This document shows, piece after piece, positions 1 through 9,390 of a stretch of DNA of 53,288 bases (positions are counted from its first letter, which is position 1; the number at the start of each line of letters is the position of its first letter). Below the pieces are notes generated by a model that searched no databases, had not been told where the DNA came from, and worked only from the letters and a program-made list of their open reading frames with translations. The stretch spans positions 1-53,288 of IMG/VR virus record IMGVR_UViG_3300025133_006513; one strand, given 5' to 3'. This DNA comes from a virus (taxonomy: Duplodnaviria; Heunggongvirae; Uroviricota; Caudoviricetes). Made by a program: the position numbers and the translations under genes.

Positions 1-2
1 GT

Positions 3-3000
3 CATCGCTATTTCCTGGACCCAGAGACTGGCATCTTTAGAGTCCAGTTTGGGCAAGCACGTATGCCGTTGATGCCAGTGCTCAAAGCACTGGGTGCCAC
101 GGACAGTCAGCTCCGTAAGGCGTGGGGCAACGAGTTATTCGTTGCCAACGCCAAGAAGACGGACCCGACTACGCTCAAGAAGCTCTACCGCAAGGTTACC
201 CGGAACAAGTCGCCTGAGAATGACGAAGAGATGCATCAGGCTATCCGGAACGCCTTCGCTGACATGGAGCTCGATCCCGAGGTTACTGCTCGAACCCTCG
301 GTAAACCATACGCCACTGTGAACCCAGAGGTTATCTTGGCTTCGACTGCCAAGCTGCTGCGGGTGCATAAGGGTGAGGAGAAGTCCGACGATCGTGATGC
401 TATGGCGTATCAGCGGGTTATGGGTCCAGAGGATCTATTCGCTGAGCGTATGCGTAAAGCTGGCGGTACCATGCGGAATGCCCTATGGAAAGCCACGCTT
501 CCAGGCAATCTAAAGCGTGTACCCCCTGGCCTGATGGACAAGATTGTCCGCGGGGCTATCATCGAGACAGGCCTGGGTAACCCCCTGGAAGAGATCAACC
601 CTGCGGAACTGTACGATCAACGCGTACGAGTGACACGCATGGGCGAAGGCGGTATCCCTAGTAACGACTCAGTGCCAGACGAGGCACGTAACGTACAGCC
701 AAGCCACTTGGGCTTCGTCGACCCAGTCCACACACCAGAATCAGGCAAGATCGGTATCGACGGACGCTTTGCTGTCAGAACCCTCAAGGGCAACGATGGC
801 CGGCTCTACGCTCGCTTCACCGATCCTAAGAATGGCAAACCAATCTGGAAGTCTCCCCAAGATGTTGCTGACGCGATCGTTGCGTTTCCAGGGGAGTTAG
901 AAAAGGGCGAACCTCATGTTCGTGTGCAGCATAAAGGCAAGCTGAAATTTGTTCCTAGGAACAAAGTTGACTATCAGCTTGGCCATATGACAGAGGCTTT
1001 CGGGCCCCTAGCGTCGATGATCCCGCTGAAGGGTGCAGCCTTCGGGCAGCGTATCTCTATGGGTAGTCGATTTCTTTCGCAGGCGCTACCGTTGGTCAAC
1101 GCAGAGTCCCCGCTCGTGCAATCGGGTGTCCCTGGTATGAAGGACACGTCGTTCGAAGACTTGCTTGGCGCCGATATGGGTGCTGTGAAGAGCGAAGTCG
1201 ACGGGACTGTGCTTGAGGTTACACCCAGTCACGTCAAAATACGAGGGAGGGATCGCCGTGTTCATTACGCCGAGCTCTACGAAAACCATCCGTATAACCG
1301 GAAAACCTTTGTTCACAATCGACCCACCGTTAAGGCGGGTGATGCAGTCAAAGCAGGACAACTGCTCGCTGCTTCCAATTTCACAGATGATGGAGGTACG
1401 ACAGCGCTTGGCAAGAACGCCCGAGTCGCGTACCTGCCCTACAAGGGATACAACTTCGAAGACGCAATCGTCGTCTCTGAGTCCTTCGCCAAGCGGGCTT
1501 CGAGCGAACACATGTACCAACACAGCCTCGATCTTGGCGAGGGCGTTAAAGCTAGCAAAAACGCTTACACCGCCATCCTCCCGGGTGAATACGATCGCAA
1601 ACAGCTAGATCGCTACGATGACGACGGAGTTATCAAGATTGGCGAGACAGTCCAGATGGACGAAGCACTGGTGCTGGCAGTGAAAGAACGACAGACGGGT
1701 CCACGACTTGGGCGACGTAAAGCCTCCTGGGGCGATGCATCGATTAAGTGGGAACACCATGAGGAGGGTATTGTTACCGATGTACACAAAGGCAAAAAAG
1801 GCTATTCGGTCGTCGTTAAATCCGTACACCCAACCAAGGTCGGCGATAAGTTCGCGGGTCGATACGGTGACAAAGGGGTTGTCGCAGCGATCGTACCCGA
1901 CGAAGACATGCCGCACGGGGCGGATAAAAGGCCCTACGAAGTGCTACTCAACCCGCTGGGCGTCATCGGCCGAGGTAATCCATCCCAAATCATCGAAACG
2001 CAGCTCGGTAAGATCGCCGCGATCACGGGCAAACCGTACAAACTGATTGACTTCGATGACTTGCGTGATCTTCGTGAGTTCACCGAGCAAGAGCTGCGTA
2101 AGCACGGGCTCAACGACACAGAGGACCTGATCGATCCTAAGACTGGGCGTACGCTCAAAGGCATCGAAGCAGGGAATCGATTCATGATGAAGCTCCACCA
2201 CACTGCAGAGGTTAAGCTCGGCGGTCGTGGTGCTGCTGGTGGTTATACGGCTGAGGGGGCACCCGCTAAGGGCGGAAAGTCGGGATCTAAGCGAGTTGGT
2301 ATGTTAGAGCTCAACGCTCTTTTGTCTCACGGAGCTTATCAGACTATCCGTGATGCCAACGTGGTACGCGGTCAGCGAAACGAAGATCACTGGCGAATGC
2401 TCATGTCCGGGTATACACCCCCAGAGCCTAAAGTTCCCTTCATGTACCAGAAGTTCATGGCACAGTTGAAGGGTGCTGGTATCAATCCAATCAAGGAGGG
2501 GTCCAAGCTCCAGATTCTGGCTATGACTGGCGAGGGGGCCAAAGAGCTTACTGGTAACAGGGAGATCAGAAGCTCTGAAACCGTCGACTGGCGTGTAAAC
2601 AAGCTCTCACCTATTAAAGGGGGTTTGTTCGACGAGGCCCTTACAGGTGGGCACGGAGGTAATCGCTGGAGTTACATCAAGCTACCAGAGCCTTTACCTA
2701 ACCCAGTGATGGAAGAACCTATCAGACGCATCCTCGGGCTAACGCAGAAACAGTACGCCTCTATCTTAAGTGGCGCAGACCACGTGCCTGGTCAGGAAGG
2801 ATTAACTGGGCCGATCGGTATTCAGACGGCATTAGAGGGGATCAACCTCGATAAGGAGATCGTCAAAGCCCGCGCGGATATCAAGTCAGGACGTAAGACA
2901 TACAGGGATAAAGCAGTTCGACGCTTAGAGTTCCTCAAGTCTGCCCAGAAGAACAAGCAACATCCTCGTGAGTGGATGATGGACAGAATCCCGGTATTAC

Positions 3001-3908
3001 CGCCGATCTTCCGTCCAGTGAGCATGTTCGCTGAGACTAACACGCAACTGGTCGATGACTCGAACTACCTCTACAAGGAGGCGTTCGAAGCCGCCGAGAA
3101 CCTAAAGGCACTCGGGAAGATCAGTGATGATGTGTCTGAGGAGCGATTAGCGGTCTACAAGGCTTTCAAGGCTGTCACCGGCCTGGGCGACCCTTTATCC
3201 CCTGAATTCAAGGAACAAGATGTCAAAGGTATCCTTAAGCACGTCTTCGGAACCAGTCCTAAGCATGGTACAGTGCAGAAGAAGCTGCTTGGTAGCACTG
3301 TCGACCTCGTCGGACGGGCTACTATTACGCCAAACCCTAACCTGGATATGGATCAAGTAGGGTTACCGATCGAGGAAGCGTGGACGCTGTATCAGCCGTT
3401 TGTTATTCGTAGGTTGGTTCGTCGTGGGATGGGAAAAGTCAAAGCAATGGAGGAGGCTAAGGCCCGATCGCCTTTAGCGTTGAAGGAGCTGCAGGGCGAG
3501 ATGAAAGAGCGTCCAGTGGTTATTAACCGTGCACCGGTATTGCACCGCTACGGGGTTATGAGCTTCTGGCCACAGCTTACGTCATCGAGCACGCTGGAGA
3601 TTCCGCCGCTAGTCGTCGGGGGTTTTGGGGCTGACTTCGATGGTGATGCGATGCAGTTTCACATCCCTGCGAGTGAGGGAGCAGTTGAGGAAGCAAAATC
3701 AACGTTGATGCCGTCACGAAACTTACACGCTGCTGGTGACTTCGATGTACACTATAAGCCGAGCCATGAGTATGTAGGCGGGTTATGGGCAGCGTCGACG
3801 AAGGACTCGAAGAAACCACCCAGAGTATTTAAGACAAAGAAGGACGCGATCGCTGCTTACCGCAAAGGATCGATCGATGTTGGACAGCGTGTTGAGATCA
3901 TGGAGTAA
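3..3908 (+). CDS. rpoB-rpoC fusion: Phage multisubunit RNA polymerase: beta subunit (5'-truncated at window edge) fused in frame to N-terminal half of beta'
   Basis: Frame is open from nt 3 to the ATG at 63, so the gene begins upstream. Beta motifs: RNVQPSHLGFVDPVHTPES, GYNFEDAIVVSE, GDKFAGRYGDKGVV, LLNPLGV, KRVGMLELNAL. Beta' motifs follow without a stop: GLFDEALTG, PVLPPIFRP, LLGSTVDLVGRATI, NRAPVLHR, catalytic GADFDGD (3627-3647). Confidence 0.96.
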   Translation, partial: HRYFLDPETGIFRVQFGQARMPLMPVLKALGATDSQLRKAWGNELFVANAKKTDPTTLKKLYRKVTRNKSPENDEEMHQAIRNAFADMELDPEVTARTLGKPYATVNPEVILASTAKLLRVHKGEEKSDDRDAMAYQRVMGPEDLFAERMRKAGGTMRNALWKATLPGNLKRVPPGLMDKIVRGAIIETGLGNPLEEINPAELYDQRVRVTRMGEGGIPSNDSVPDEARNVQPSHLGFVDPVHTPESGKIGIDGRFAVRTLKGNDGRLYARFTDPKNGKPIWKSPQDVADAIVAFPGELEKGEPHVRVQHKGKLKFVPRNKVDYQLGHMTEAFGPLASMIPLKGAAFGQRISMGSRFLSQALPLVNAESPLVQSGVPGMKDTSFEDLLGADMGAVKSEVDGTVLEVTPSHVKIRGRDRRVHYAELYENHPYNRKTFVHNRPTVKAGDAVKAGQLLAASNFTDDGGTTALGKNARVAYLPYKGYNFEDAIVVSESFAKRASSEHMYQHSLDLGEGVKASKNAYTAILPGEYDRKQLDRYDDDGVIKIGETVQMDEALVLAVKERQTGPRLGRRKASWGDASIKWEHHEEGIVTDVHKGKKGYSVVVKSVHPTKVGDKFAGRYGDKGVVAAIVPDEDMPHGADKRPYEVLLNPLGVIGRGNPSQIIETQLGKIAAITGKPYKLIDFDDLRDLREFTEQELRKHGLNDTEDLIDPKTGRTLKGIEAGNRFMMKLHHTAEVKLGGRGAAGGYTAEGAPAKGGKSGSKRVGMLELNALLSHGAYQTIRDANVVRGQRNEDHWRMLMSGYTPPEPKVPFMYQKFMAQLKGAGINPIKEGSKLQILAMTGEGAKELTGNREIRSSETVDWRVNKLSPIKGGLFDEALTGGHGGNRWSYIKLPEPLPNPVMEEPIRRILGLTQKQYASILSGADHVPGQEGLTGPIGIQTALEGINLDKEIVKARADIKSGRKTYRDKAVRRLEFLKSAQKNKQHPREWMMDRIPVLPPIFRPVSMFAETNTQLVDDSNYLYKEAFEAAENLKALGKISDDVSEERLAVYKAFKAVTGLGDPLSPEFKEQDVKGILKHVFGTSPKHGTVQKKLLGSTVDLVGRATITPNPNLDMDQVGLPIEEAWTLYQPFVIRRLVRRGMGKVKAMEEAKARSPLALKELQGEMKERPVVINRAPVLHRYGVMSFWPQLTSSSTLEIPPLVVGGFGADFDGDAMQFHIPASEGAVEEAKSTLMPSRNLHAAGDFDVHYKPSHEYVGGLWAASTKDSKKPPRVFKTKKDAIAAYRKGSIDVGQRVEIME

Positions 3909-4020
3909 GCCATGCCAGTAGTGCTGTCAAAATTTTCGTCAAAACCCAATACGGAATTGTGTAAACAATCAGCTACAGATATGCTGGTAAGATATCACTG
4001 ACCCAAATGGAGTTCGCCTC

Positions 4021-4746
4021 ATGGCTAAACACGAAATGAACATGACGCTTTTTGATGTCGCCGCGTGGCGACTGCAGGGCGAGGCAGAGAAGCAAGCCTT
4101 CGTCCCTCAAGGAGCGACCGACCCCGCCGCTGGCGGTGGAGCACCTCCAATGGACCCAGCAATGGGTGGCGCACCTCCAATGGACCCAGCAATGGGTGGG
4201 ATTCCCCCTGGCATGCCTCCTGGTGCACCTCCAATGGACCCAGCTGCAATGGGCATGCCTCCAGCAGCTCCGCCTGCGGCACCTCCCGCGGCCCCTGGCG
4301 CTCCAGCAGCGGGCGGCAAGCCCAAGATTGACCCAACCTTCATCTACATGGAGCTGAGCCGCGTGCGTAAGCTTCTGACGCACATGATGAAGCACACAGG
4401 CATCGACATGCCACCTGATATCCTCGACGACGGTGCGACGGCGATGATCGCCAACGGCCAGATGCCAGAGAGTCAACCGATCGGGCAGCCGGGTGCCGAG
4501 GGTGCTCCCCCTGAAGGAGGGGGAGCACCGGGTGGCCTACCAAGCATCGGGCAGTCGCCGGCGATCGATCCGATCGCTGCTGCTGGTGGTCCTGGAGGCC
4601 CTGGCGGTCCTGAGAAGGGTGCCGGTGATGTGCTTTCAATGTTCCGTGGGCCAGCACCTGCTGACGATGCTTCGCCAAACTACGCTGCGGCTGAGCAACG
4701 CATCAACGCACTATGTGACCTGTCACGAAGCCTCAACGGAAGCTAA
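4021..4746 (+). CDS. Pro/Gly/Met/Ala-rich low-complexity protein, putative internal head protein
   Basis: 241 aa ORF with GGAG RBS, APPMDPAMGG repeats and AEKQA at aa 22-26. Function is inferred from the motif and neighbourhood. Confidence 0.8.
   Translation: MAKHEMNMTLFDVAAWRLQGEAEKQAFVPQGATDPAAGGGAPPMDPAMGGAPPMDPAMGGIPPGMPPGAPPMDPAAMGMPPAAPPAAPPAAPGAPAAGGKPKIDPTFIYMELSRVRKLLTHMMKHTGIDMPPDILDDGATAMIANGQMPESQPIGQPGAEGAPPEGGGAPGGLPSIGQSPAIDPIAAAGGPGGPGGPEKGAGDVLSMFRGPAPADDASPNYAAAEQRINALCDLSRSLNGS
4141..4244 (+). repeat. In-frame 30-bp tandem repeat (two copies plus a partial third)
   Basis: GCACCTCCAATGGACCCAGCAATGGGTGG at 4141-4170 and 4171-4200; first 20 nt recur at 4225-4244; encodes APPMDPAMGG. 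Confidence 0.95.
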
Positions 4747-5007
4747 TTGATGATCGTTGAGTTGCATAATAAGCTAGGACAGCCCCAGCGTATTGAAGCC
4801 ACACGCATCGTAATACGCTCCCCTAACGGGGAAGCGTTATGCGTGGCGGTGGAAGCGGGGCCTGGCCAGTATTTCATCACACACCGTGGTGATGGGGACG
4901 AGGACATGAATCGATCCCTACGCTCGCTGGGTATTAATGAGACCGTCATCAGTGATATGCAAAATATGCCGAAGCCGCCAGGCACGCTGTGGACGCCGGG
5001 GAGTTAA
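4747..5007 (+). CDS. Hypothetical protein (86 aa) between the two beta' halves
   Basis: ORF abuts the upstream stop (TTG 4747 or ATG 4750) and fills the gap to the beta'C start. Confidence 0.75.
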   Translation: MMIVELHNKLGQPQRIEATRIVIRSPNGEALCVAVEAGPGQYFITHRGDGDEDMNRSLRSLGINETVISDMQNMPKPPGTLWTPGS

Positions 5008-5010
5008 CCT

Positions 5011-6894
5011 GTGCTGCGTACTACTATCGGACAGTTGATGACTAACGAGGCGTTGCCTCCCGATATGCGCGATTACACCCGGGTCATGGATAAAAAAGGA
5101 ATCACGGAGGTATTACGTGTTCTTGCCGAGAAACACCCAGACAAATACCGCGAAGTGGCTAAGAAGCTTTCAGACGTGGGGCGAGATATTGCTTACACTA
5201 CCGGCGGAAGCTCCTTTGGTCTTAAGCATATGCGTCCTACACCTTCTGTACTGATGTCCCGTCAGCGGTTGAATAGACGCCTCCGCGATATCCTCTCCAA
5301 CCCTCAATGGGATGATGATATCAAAGAGCAGAAGGTTGTTGAGGCCACATCGGTCGAACACGAGCGACTCCAGAAAGAGATCCTGGAAGAGGCTAAGAAG
5401 TCTGGGAACCCTCTGGCAGATCAGGTGGTATCTGGTGCCCGTGGTAACCCCGCTGGACTGAAACGCTTGATCGGTGGTGACATGATGTATGTCGATCACC
5501 ATGAGGATGTAATCCCGTTCCCTGTCCAGCGTAGCTTCGCTGAGGGCCTCGGCCCGGCCGACTTCTGGGCGTCGACGTATGGAGCCCGTAAGGGCTTGAT
5601 CGACGTGAAGTTCGCTACACAGGACGCAGGGTTCTTCTCCAAACAACTCAACCAACTGGCACATCGACTGCTCGTTACCCATCATGACGACGAAAACGAA
5701 GCAGATCCTACGGCACCTGTGCGAGGGATGCCTGTCGATGTAAGTGATGGCGACAGCGAAGGATCGCTGTTAGCCGCACCGGTTGGTGAGTATCCACGAA
5801 ACACCACGCTGACTCCCAAGATCCTCCAGGACCTGGAAAACCAGGGCATTGCGAAGATTTTGGTCAGAAGCCCTATCGTTGGTGGCCCTCCTGGTGGTGG
5901 TGTCTACTCCCGAGACGTTGGCGTGAGAGAACGAGGCGGTATGGCCCCGATAGGGGATATGGTTGGTATCGCCGCAGCACAGACACTGTCTGAGAAGCTA
6001 ACCCAAGGCCAGTTGTCATCCAAGCACTCAGGTGGTGTTAAGGGTGAAGCCAAGAGCGTGACAGGCTTCCAGCACGTCAATCAGCTTGTGCAGGTGCCCA
6101 AGACCTTTAAGGGCGGAGCAGCCCACGCACAGATCGACGGCAAGGTTACAAACGTGGAAGAAGCCCCGGCTGGCGGGCAGTACGTTACCGTTAATGCCAA
6201 ACGTCACTTCGTGGCGCCAGGCTTTGACCTCAAAGTTAAGCGAGGCGACCATGTCGAAGCAGGAGACGTCATCTCCGAGGGAATTCCCAACCCCTCGGAG
6301 ATCGTTAAACACAAAGGCATTGGGGAAGGGCGTCGATACTTCGTTGATACTTTTGCTGATGCTTATCGTGCTGGCGGCATGTATGCCAATCGTCGCAATA
6401 TTGAGCTGGTGGCTCGTGGGTTGATCGATCATGTCGAGATGATGGACGAAGATGACGACCACGTACCCGGCGATGTAGTTGGATACCAGCAGCTGGAAAC
6501 CAACTGGAAGCCCCGCGACGGCTCTCAACGACTACAACCAGATGAAGCGACGGGCAAGTACCTCGAACGCCCCGTGTTGCATTACACGATCGGTACGAAG
6601 GTAAAGCCATCAATGCTGCCACAATTCAAACAGTTCGGTGTTAATGACCTGGAAGTGCATGACGAAGAGCCCCCGTTCAAACCACATATGGTGCGAGCAA
6701 TGGCATCCATCGGACACGACCCTGACTGGATGACCCGGTTCCTGGGTTCCAATCAGAAGAAGAGCTTGTTGAACGCAACGCACAGAGGTGCTACATCTTC
6801 CGCGGAGAATACGAGTTTTGTGCCAGCAATGGCGGAAGGCTTAGATTTCGGGAAGACGTGGCCACAATCGATATTGAAGCCCCCTACCACCTAG
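5011..6894 (+). CDS. rpoC (C-half): Phage RNA polymerase beta' subunit, C-terminal half
   Basis: GTG start with GGGGAG RBS. TTIGQL (cf. TTVGR), SGARG, bridge-helix region STYGARKGLIDVKFATQDAGFFSKQL, trigger loop GIAAAQTLSEKLTQGQLSSKHSGG. Confidence 0.95.
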   Translation: MLRTTIGQLMTNEALPPDMRDYTRVMDKKGITEVLRVLAEKHPDKYREVAKKLSDVGRDIAYTTGGSSFGLKHMRPTPSVLMSRQRLNRRLRDILSNPQWDDDIKEQKVVEATSVEHERLQKEILEEAKKSGNPLADQVVSGARGNPAGLKRLIGGDMMYVDHHEDVIPFPVQRSFAEGLGPADFWASTYGARKGLIDVKFATQDAGFFSKQLNQLAHRLLVTHHDDENEADPTAPVRGMPVDVSDGDSEGSLLAAPVGEYPRNTTLTPKILQDLENQGIAKILVRSPIVGGPPGGGVYSRDVGVRERGGMAPIGDMVGIAAAQTLSEKLTQGQLSSKHSGGVKGEAKSVTGFQHVNQLVQVPKTFKGGAAHAQIDGKVTNVEEAPAGGQYVTVNAKRHFVAPGFDLKVKRGDHVEAGDVISEGIPNPSEIVKHKGIGEGRRYFVDTFADAYRAGGMYANRRNIELVARGLIDHVEMMDEDDDHVPGDVVGYQQLETNWKPRDGSQRLQPDEATGKYLERPVLHYTIGTKVKPSMLPQFKQFGVNDLEVHDEEPPFKPHMVRAMASIGHDPDWMTRFLGSNQKKSLLNATHRGATSSAENTSFVPAMAEGLDFGKTWPQSILKPPTT

Positions 6895-6902
6895 CCGTTG
6901 CC

Positions 6903-6930
6903 CTGACCTCTGCGGTTCTGTTACCATAAT
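6903..6930 (+). promoter_or_regulatory. Possible sigma70-like promoter upstream of the 797 aa gene
   Basis: CTGACC-N16-CATAAT in the intergenic gap; imperfect match. Confidence 0.3.
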
Positions 6931-6986
6931 AACAAGTCGCTTCGGCTAGGCTGGACGCCAAATTTTCCCAAGGACGAGGGTACCCC

Positions 6987-9380
6987 ATGAGCACTACGCA
7001 GCTCTCAAAGCCTGTTGCTCATTGGCAACGTGTTTGTCAATCGCATATTCGCACGCCAAATATTAAGCGTGCTGACCTGGGTGGTGATGGCCAATCCGTG
7101 CCGTTTGAGCAAGCATTTTCCAATCTTGCACACGCCTACCTTAAGGATCGCGCCCCGCAGCTTCTCGACCACGAACTGGGTTTCCAGCTCTTAGAGAAGA
7201 ACGAGGACAATGATCGCGCGGTCGGTATCTTTGGCTTCCGTGTCGGGAGTCAACTGCTCTATGCGCCAGTCTTCTTCCTCAATGGTGAATTGAAGGGTCA
7301 CGAGCTCCTGTATCTGAAGGACTCGGATACCTTTGTGCCGATGAAGGAGAACTGGATCAACTACGTGTTGAACCGCAAACCCAATATCATCGGTGAAGAG
7401 CTGGGCCCCAACCTGGCCAACGCAGGCGTCGATCGACCGAACATGGATGTCTTTCGTGAGTCGCCCGCCAAGTACGCAGCAGATCAGGCAGATCAGGCAG
7501 ACTGGCTGGCGCCGGCACTTCCCGGCCTGATGCACGTACTCGGCAACGCTATCCGCCCAGAGATGCAATGTCACGGGCTGGTCAAAGAGAACGCTGACTG
7601 TGCGCACATGTTCCTGCAGCTCCTGGACAAGCACCCCTCACTGGTATCCCCAGTCACAGAGGTCTACGGGAAGCAGATGATCAAGGACGCTATCGATACA
7701 GCGAAGACGCTGGATACGGTATCGCCCACGGGTGTGCCACGTAAACGCAAGTCTACCCACATCACCGGCAGCATCTTCACAGAGAAGTCTGCTAGCGATC
7801 TGGCTCAAGAACAACTTGCCGGTAAGCTCAAGATCTGGAAGTACGACGACAGCTCGCCAACGCGTGCCCGTCAGTGTGCAGCAGGGCTGACAGAGAAGCA
7901 GGCTCAGAACCTCAAGCGTGATGGTGTCTACGTCTCGGACGAACGCACCGAGGGCGAGGTCAGCAAAGCATACAAAGTCCAAGAGCCACTCAGCCTGATG
8001 AACCCGGACGCGAGCGGCATCTACCAGGTACTTACGAAGCCTGATGACTTCGAAGAGTGCCTGTACATCCATGGCCCCTTCAACGCCCGCGGCACCAAGC
8101 CCAACGGTGTGTTGGTGCGGATCGGCGATGGCGACAAAGCCTGGACAGAAACACACCCAGCTGCGATATACACGTCTGACGAGTATACCGGCGATACGTA
8201 CAGCGACTGGTTCGAGAAGCAACCTGAGGCAAAGAGCCTCTCCGTCGGATCGACTTACGTCCTGGTTGCCCCTAACGGCCAAGGCACAAGTGTGTTTGAG
8301 GTTGAGAGTACGCTACCGGCCGAGGGCGAGGAAAAAAGCTACGAGGTGAGGTGGCGTAACCGATGGGGTGCCCGCCGACCGGATCATCTGCCCCCAATTG
8401 CCGAACGCCGCCATGAGTATGATAGTGATTGTGCGGGTGCCGATACAGTTATGATGAATCGAATCAAGGGCCGCAAGTTCGTGGCTCGTCTTAACTGCCT
8501 GTACGTACCTGAGGGTGCCAAGGCCGTTAAGATCAAAGGTCCGGAGAAGCCCAAGAAGCACGATGGCCTCGCATATGTCGGCGATCACGAGGAATCAAGC
8601 GATCCTCCAGCCTTACGACCTGGCAACCACGTCGATCTCCAGATGGGCATCTACAAGATTTCGGAAGAACTGCAAGTCTTCAACAACGGCACTGAAGCTA
8701 TTGTTGATGGCCGACACATGACTCCGCTTGGTGCATTCGTACACTTGGTGCGCGACTACGGTTTGCGTGAAAAAACAGCCAAGGCATTGCTCACAGAAGC
8801 AGAGCTCAAGCGGGGTGTTAAGTGTCGTGTGAAGATGGCGTCGCCATACCAGGCACTCGGGCATGCCCCGACAGCGCCAGCGTTCCCTGAACCTGATCGT
8901 GGTACGGATATGTTCATGGGCTCAAACGTGCCCACTACGAACAGCTTCCAAGGCGATGAGATGGAGCTACCCGTCCAAGGGATGCAGGGTTCACCTAACC
9001 GACAACTGATGTCGGACCCTGTTGAACCACAGATGGGCCAACAGATACAAGAGGCTGCCCAGACAGGCCAGAAGGAGGTACTCGATACCGCGATGATGTC
9101 GAACCTGTTGAAGGGGACACAGAATGAGACGCTTATCGACAAGCACCTGTCGAACCTGATGAAGGGGCTCGATAGCCTCGGTCGCCTGTTGTTCAACATG
9201 TACTGGCACCACGACAAGTTCGAGGACCGGTATGGCGGCAATAACCTGCCAGAAATGACCGACGCCATGCGGAATGCCTTTGAGTCCTTGGGCGACGTTA
9301 CCCTCGAACTCAAGCAGAAATCTGTCGAGCCTTACCCAGATGAAGGTGTTGACATGGGCTTCGGCGAAGGCGAAATGTAA
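6987..9380 (+). CDS. Large putative internal head protein (797 aa)
   Basis: Long ORF with an N-terminal NIKRA and about 7 K-x-A motifs; no recognisable enzyme motif; lies in the head cluster. Confidence 0.75.
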   Translation: MSTTQLSKPVAHWQRVCQSHIRTPNIKRADLGGDGQSVPFEQAFSNLAHAYLKDRAPQLLDHELGFQLLEKNEDNDRAVGIFGFRVGSQLLYAPVFFLNGELKGHELLYLKDSDTFVPMKENWINYVLNRKPNIIGEELGPNLANAGVDRPNMDVFRESPAKYAADQADQADWLAPALPGLMHVLGNAIRPEMQCHGLVKENADCAHMFLQLLDKHPSLVSPVTEVYGKQMIKDAIDTAKTLDTVSPTGVPRKRKSTHITGSIFTEKSASDLAQEQLAGKLKIWKYDDSSPTRARQCAAGLTEKQAQNLKRDGVYVSDERTEGEVSKAYKVQEPLSLMNPDASGIYQVLTKPDDFEECLYIHGPFNARGTKPNGVLVRIGDGDKAWTETHPAAIYTSDEYTGDTYSDWFEKQPEAKSLSVGSTYVLVAPNGQGTSVFEVESTLPAEGEEKSYEVRWRNRWGARRPDHLPPIAERRHEYDSDCAGADTVMMNRIKGRKFVARLNCLYVPEGAKAVKIKGPEKPKKHDGLAYVGDHEESSDPPALRPGNHVDLQMGIYKISEELQVFNNGTEAIVDGRHMTPLGAFVHLVRDYGLREKTAKALLTEAELKRGVKCRVKMASPYQALGHAPTAPAFPEPDRGTDMFMGSNVPTTNSFQGDEMELPVQGMQGSPNRQLMSDPVEPQMGQQIQEAAQTGQKEVLDTAMMSNLLKGTQNETLIDKHLSNLMKGLDSLGRLLFNMYWHHDKFEDRYGGNNLPEMTDAMRNAFESLGDVTLELKQKSVEPYPDEGVDMGFGEGEM

Positions 9381-9390
9381 AAGGTAAAAC

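Noticed and set aside
2493-2499. AAGGAGG at the beta/beta' junction as an internal RBS for separate beta'N translation
   Set aside because: No start codon at usable spacing (next ATG at 2523); the sequence is explained by Lys-Glu-Gly codons.
3956-3969. Palindrome ATTGT-GTAA-ACAAT as a fifth operator copy
   Set aside because: Spacing and core differ from the 24-bp motif, and it is a single occurrence.
4141-4244. Direct repeats as a CRISPR array
   Set aside because: The repeats are contiguous, in frame and coding, with no unique spacers. The same holds for 26924-27454.
3909-5010. Group I intron or homing endonuclease splitting beta'
   Set aside because: The inserted ORFs lack HNH, LAGLIDADG and GIY-YIG motifs. 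Beta'N ends with a plausible C-terminal region and stop, and beta'C has its own RBS and start.
1-6894. Cellular rpoB/rpoC operon from a bacterial chromosome
   Set aside because: Heavily diverged motifs, no flanking ribosomal protein genes, and direct continuity with protease, capsid and tail genes indicate a phage.
3-6894. K-x-A processing sites within the RNAP chains
   Set aside because: About 10 hits in 1281 aa and about 1 in 627 aa are near chance, and several fall in conserved motifs. The true N-terminus is outside the window and could not be assessed.
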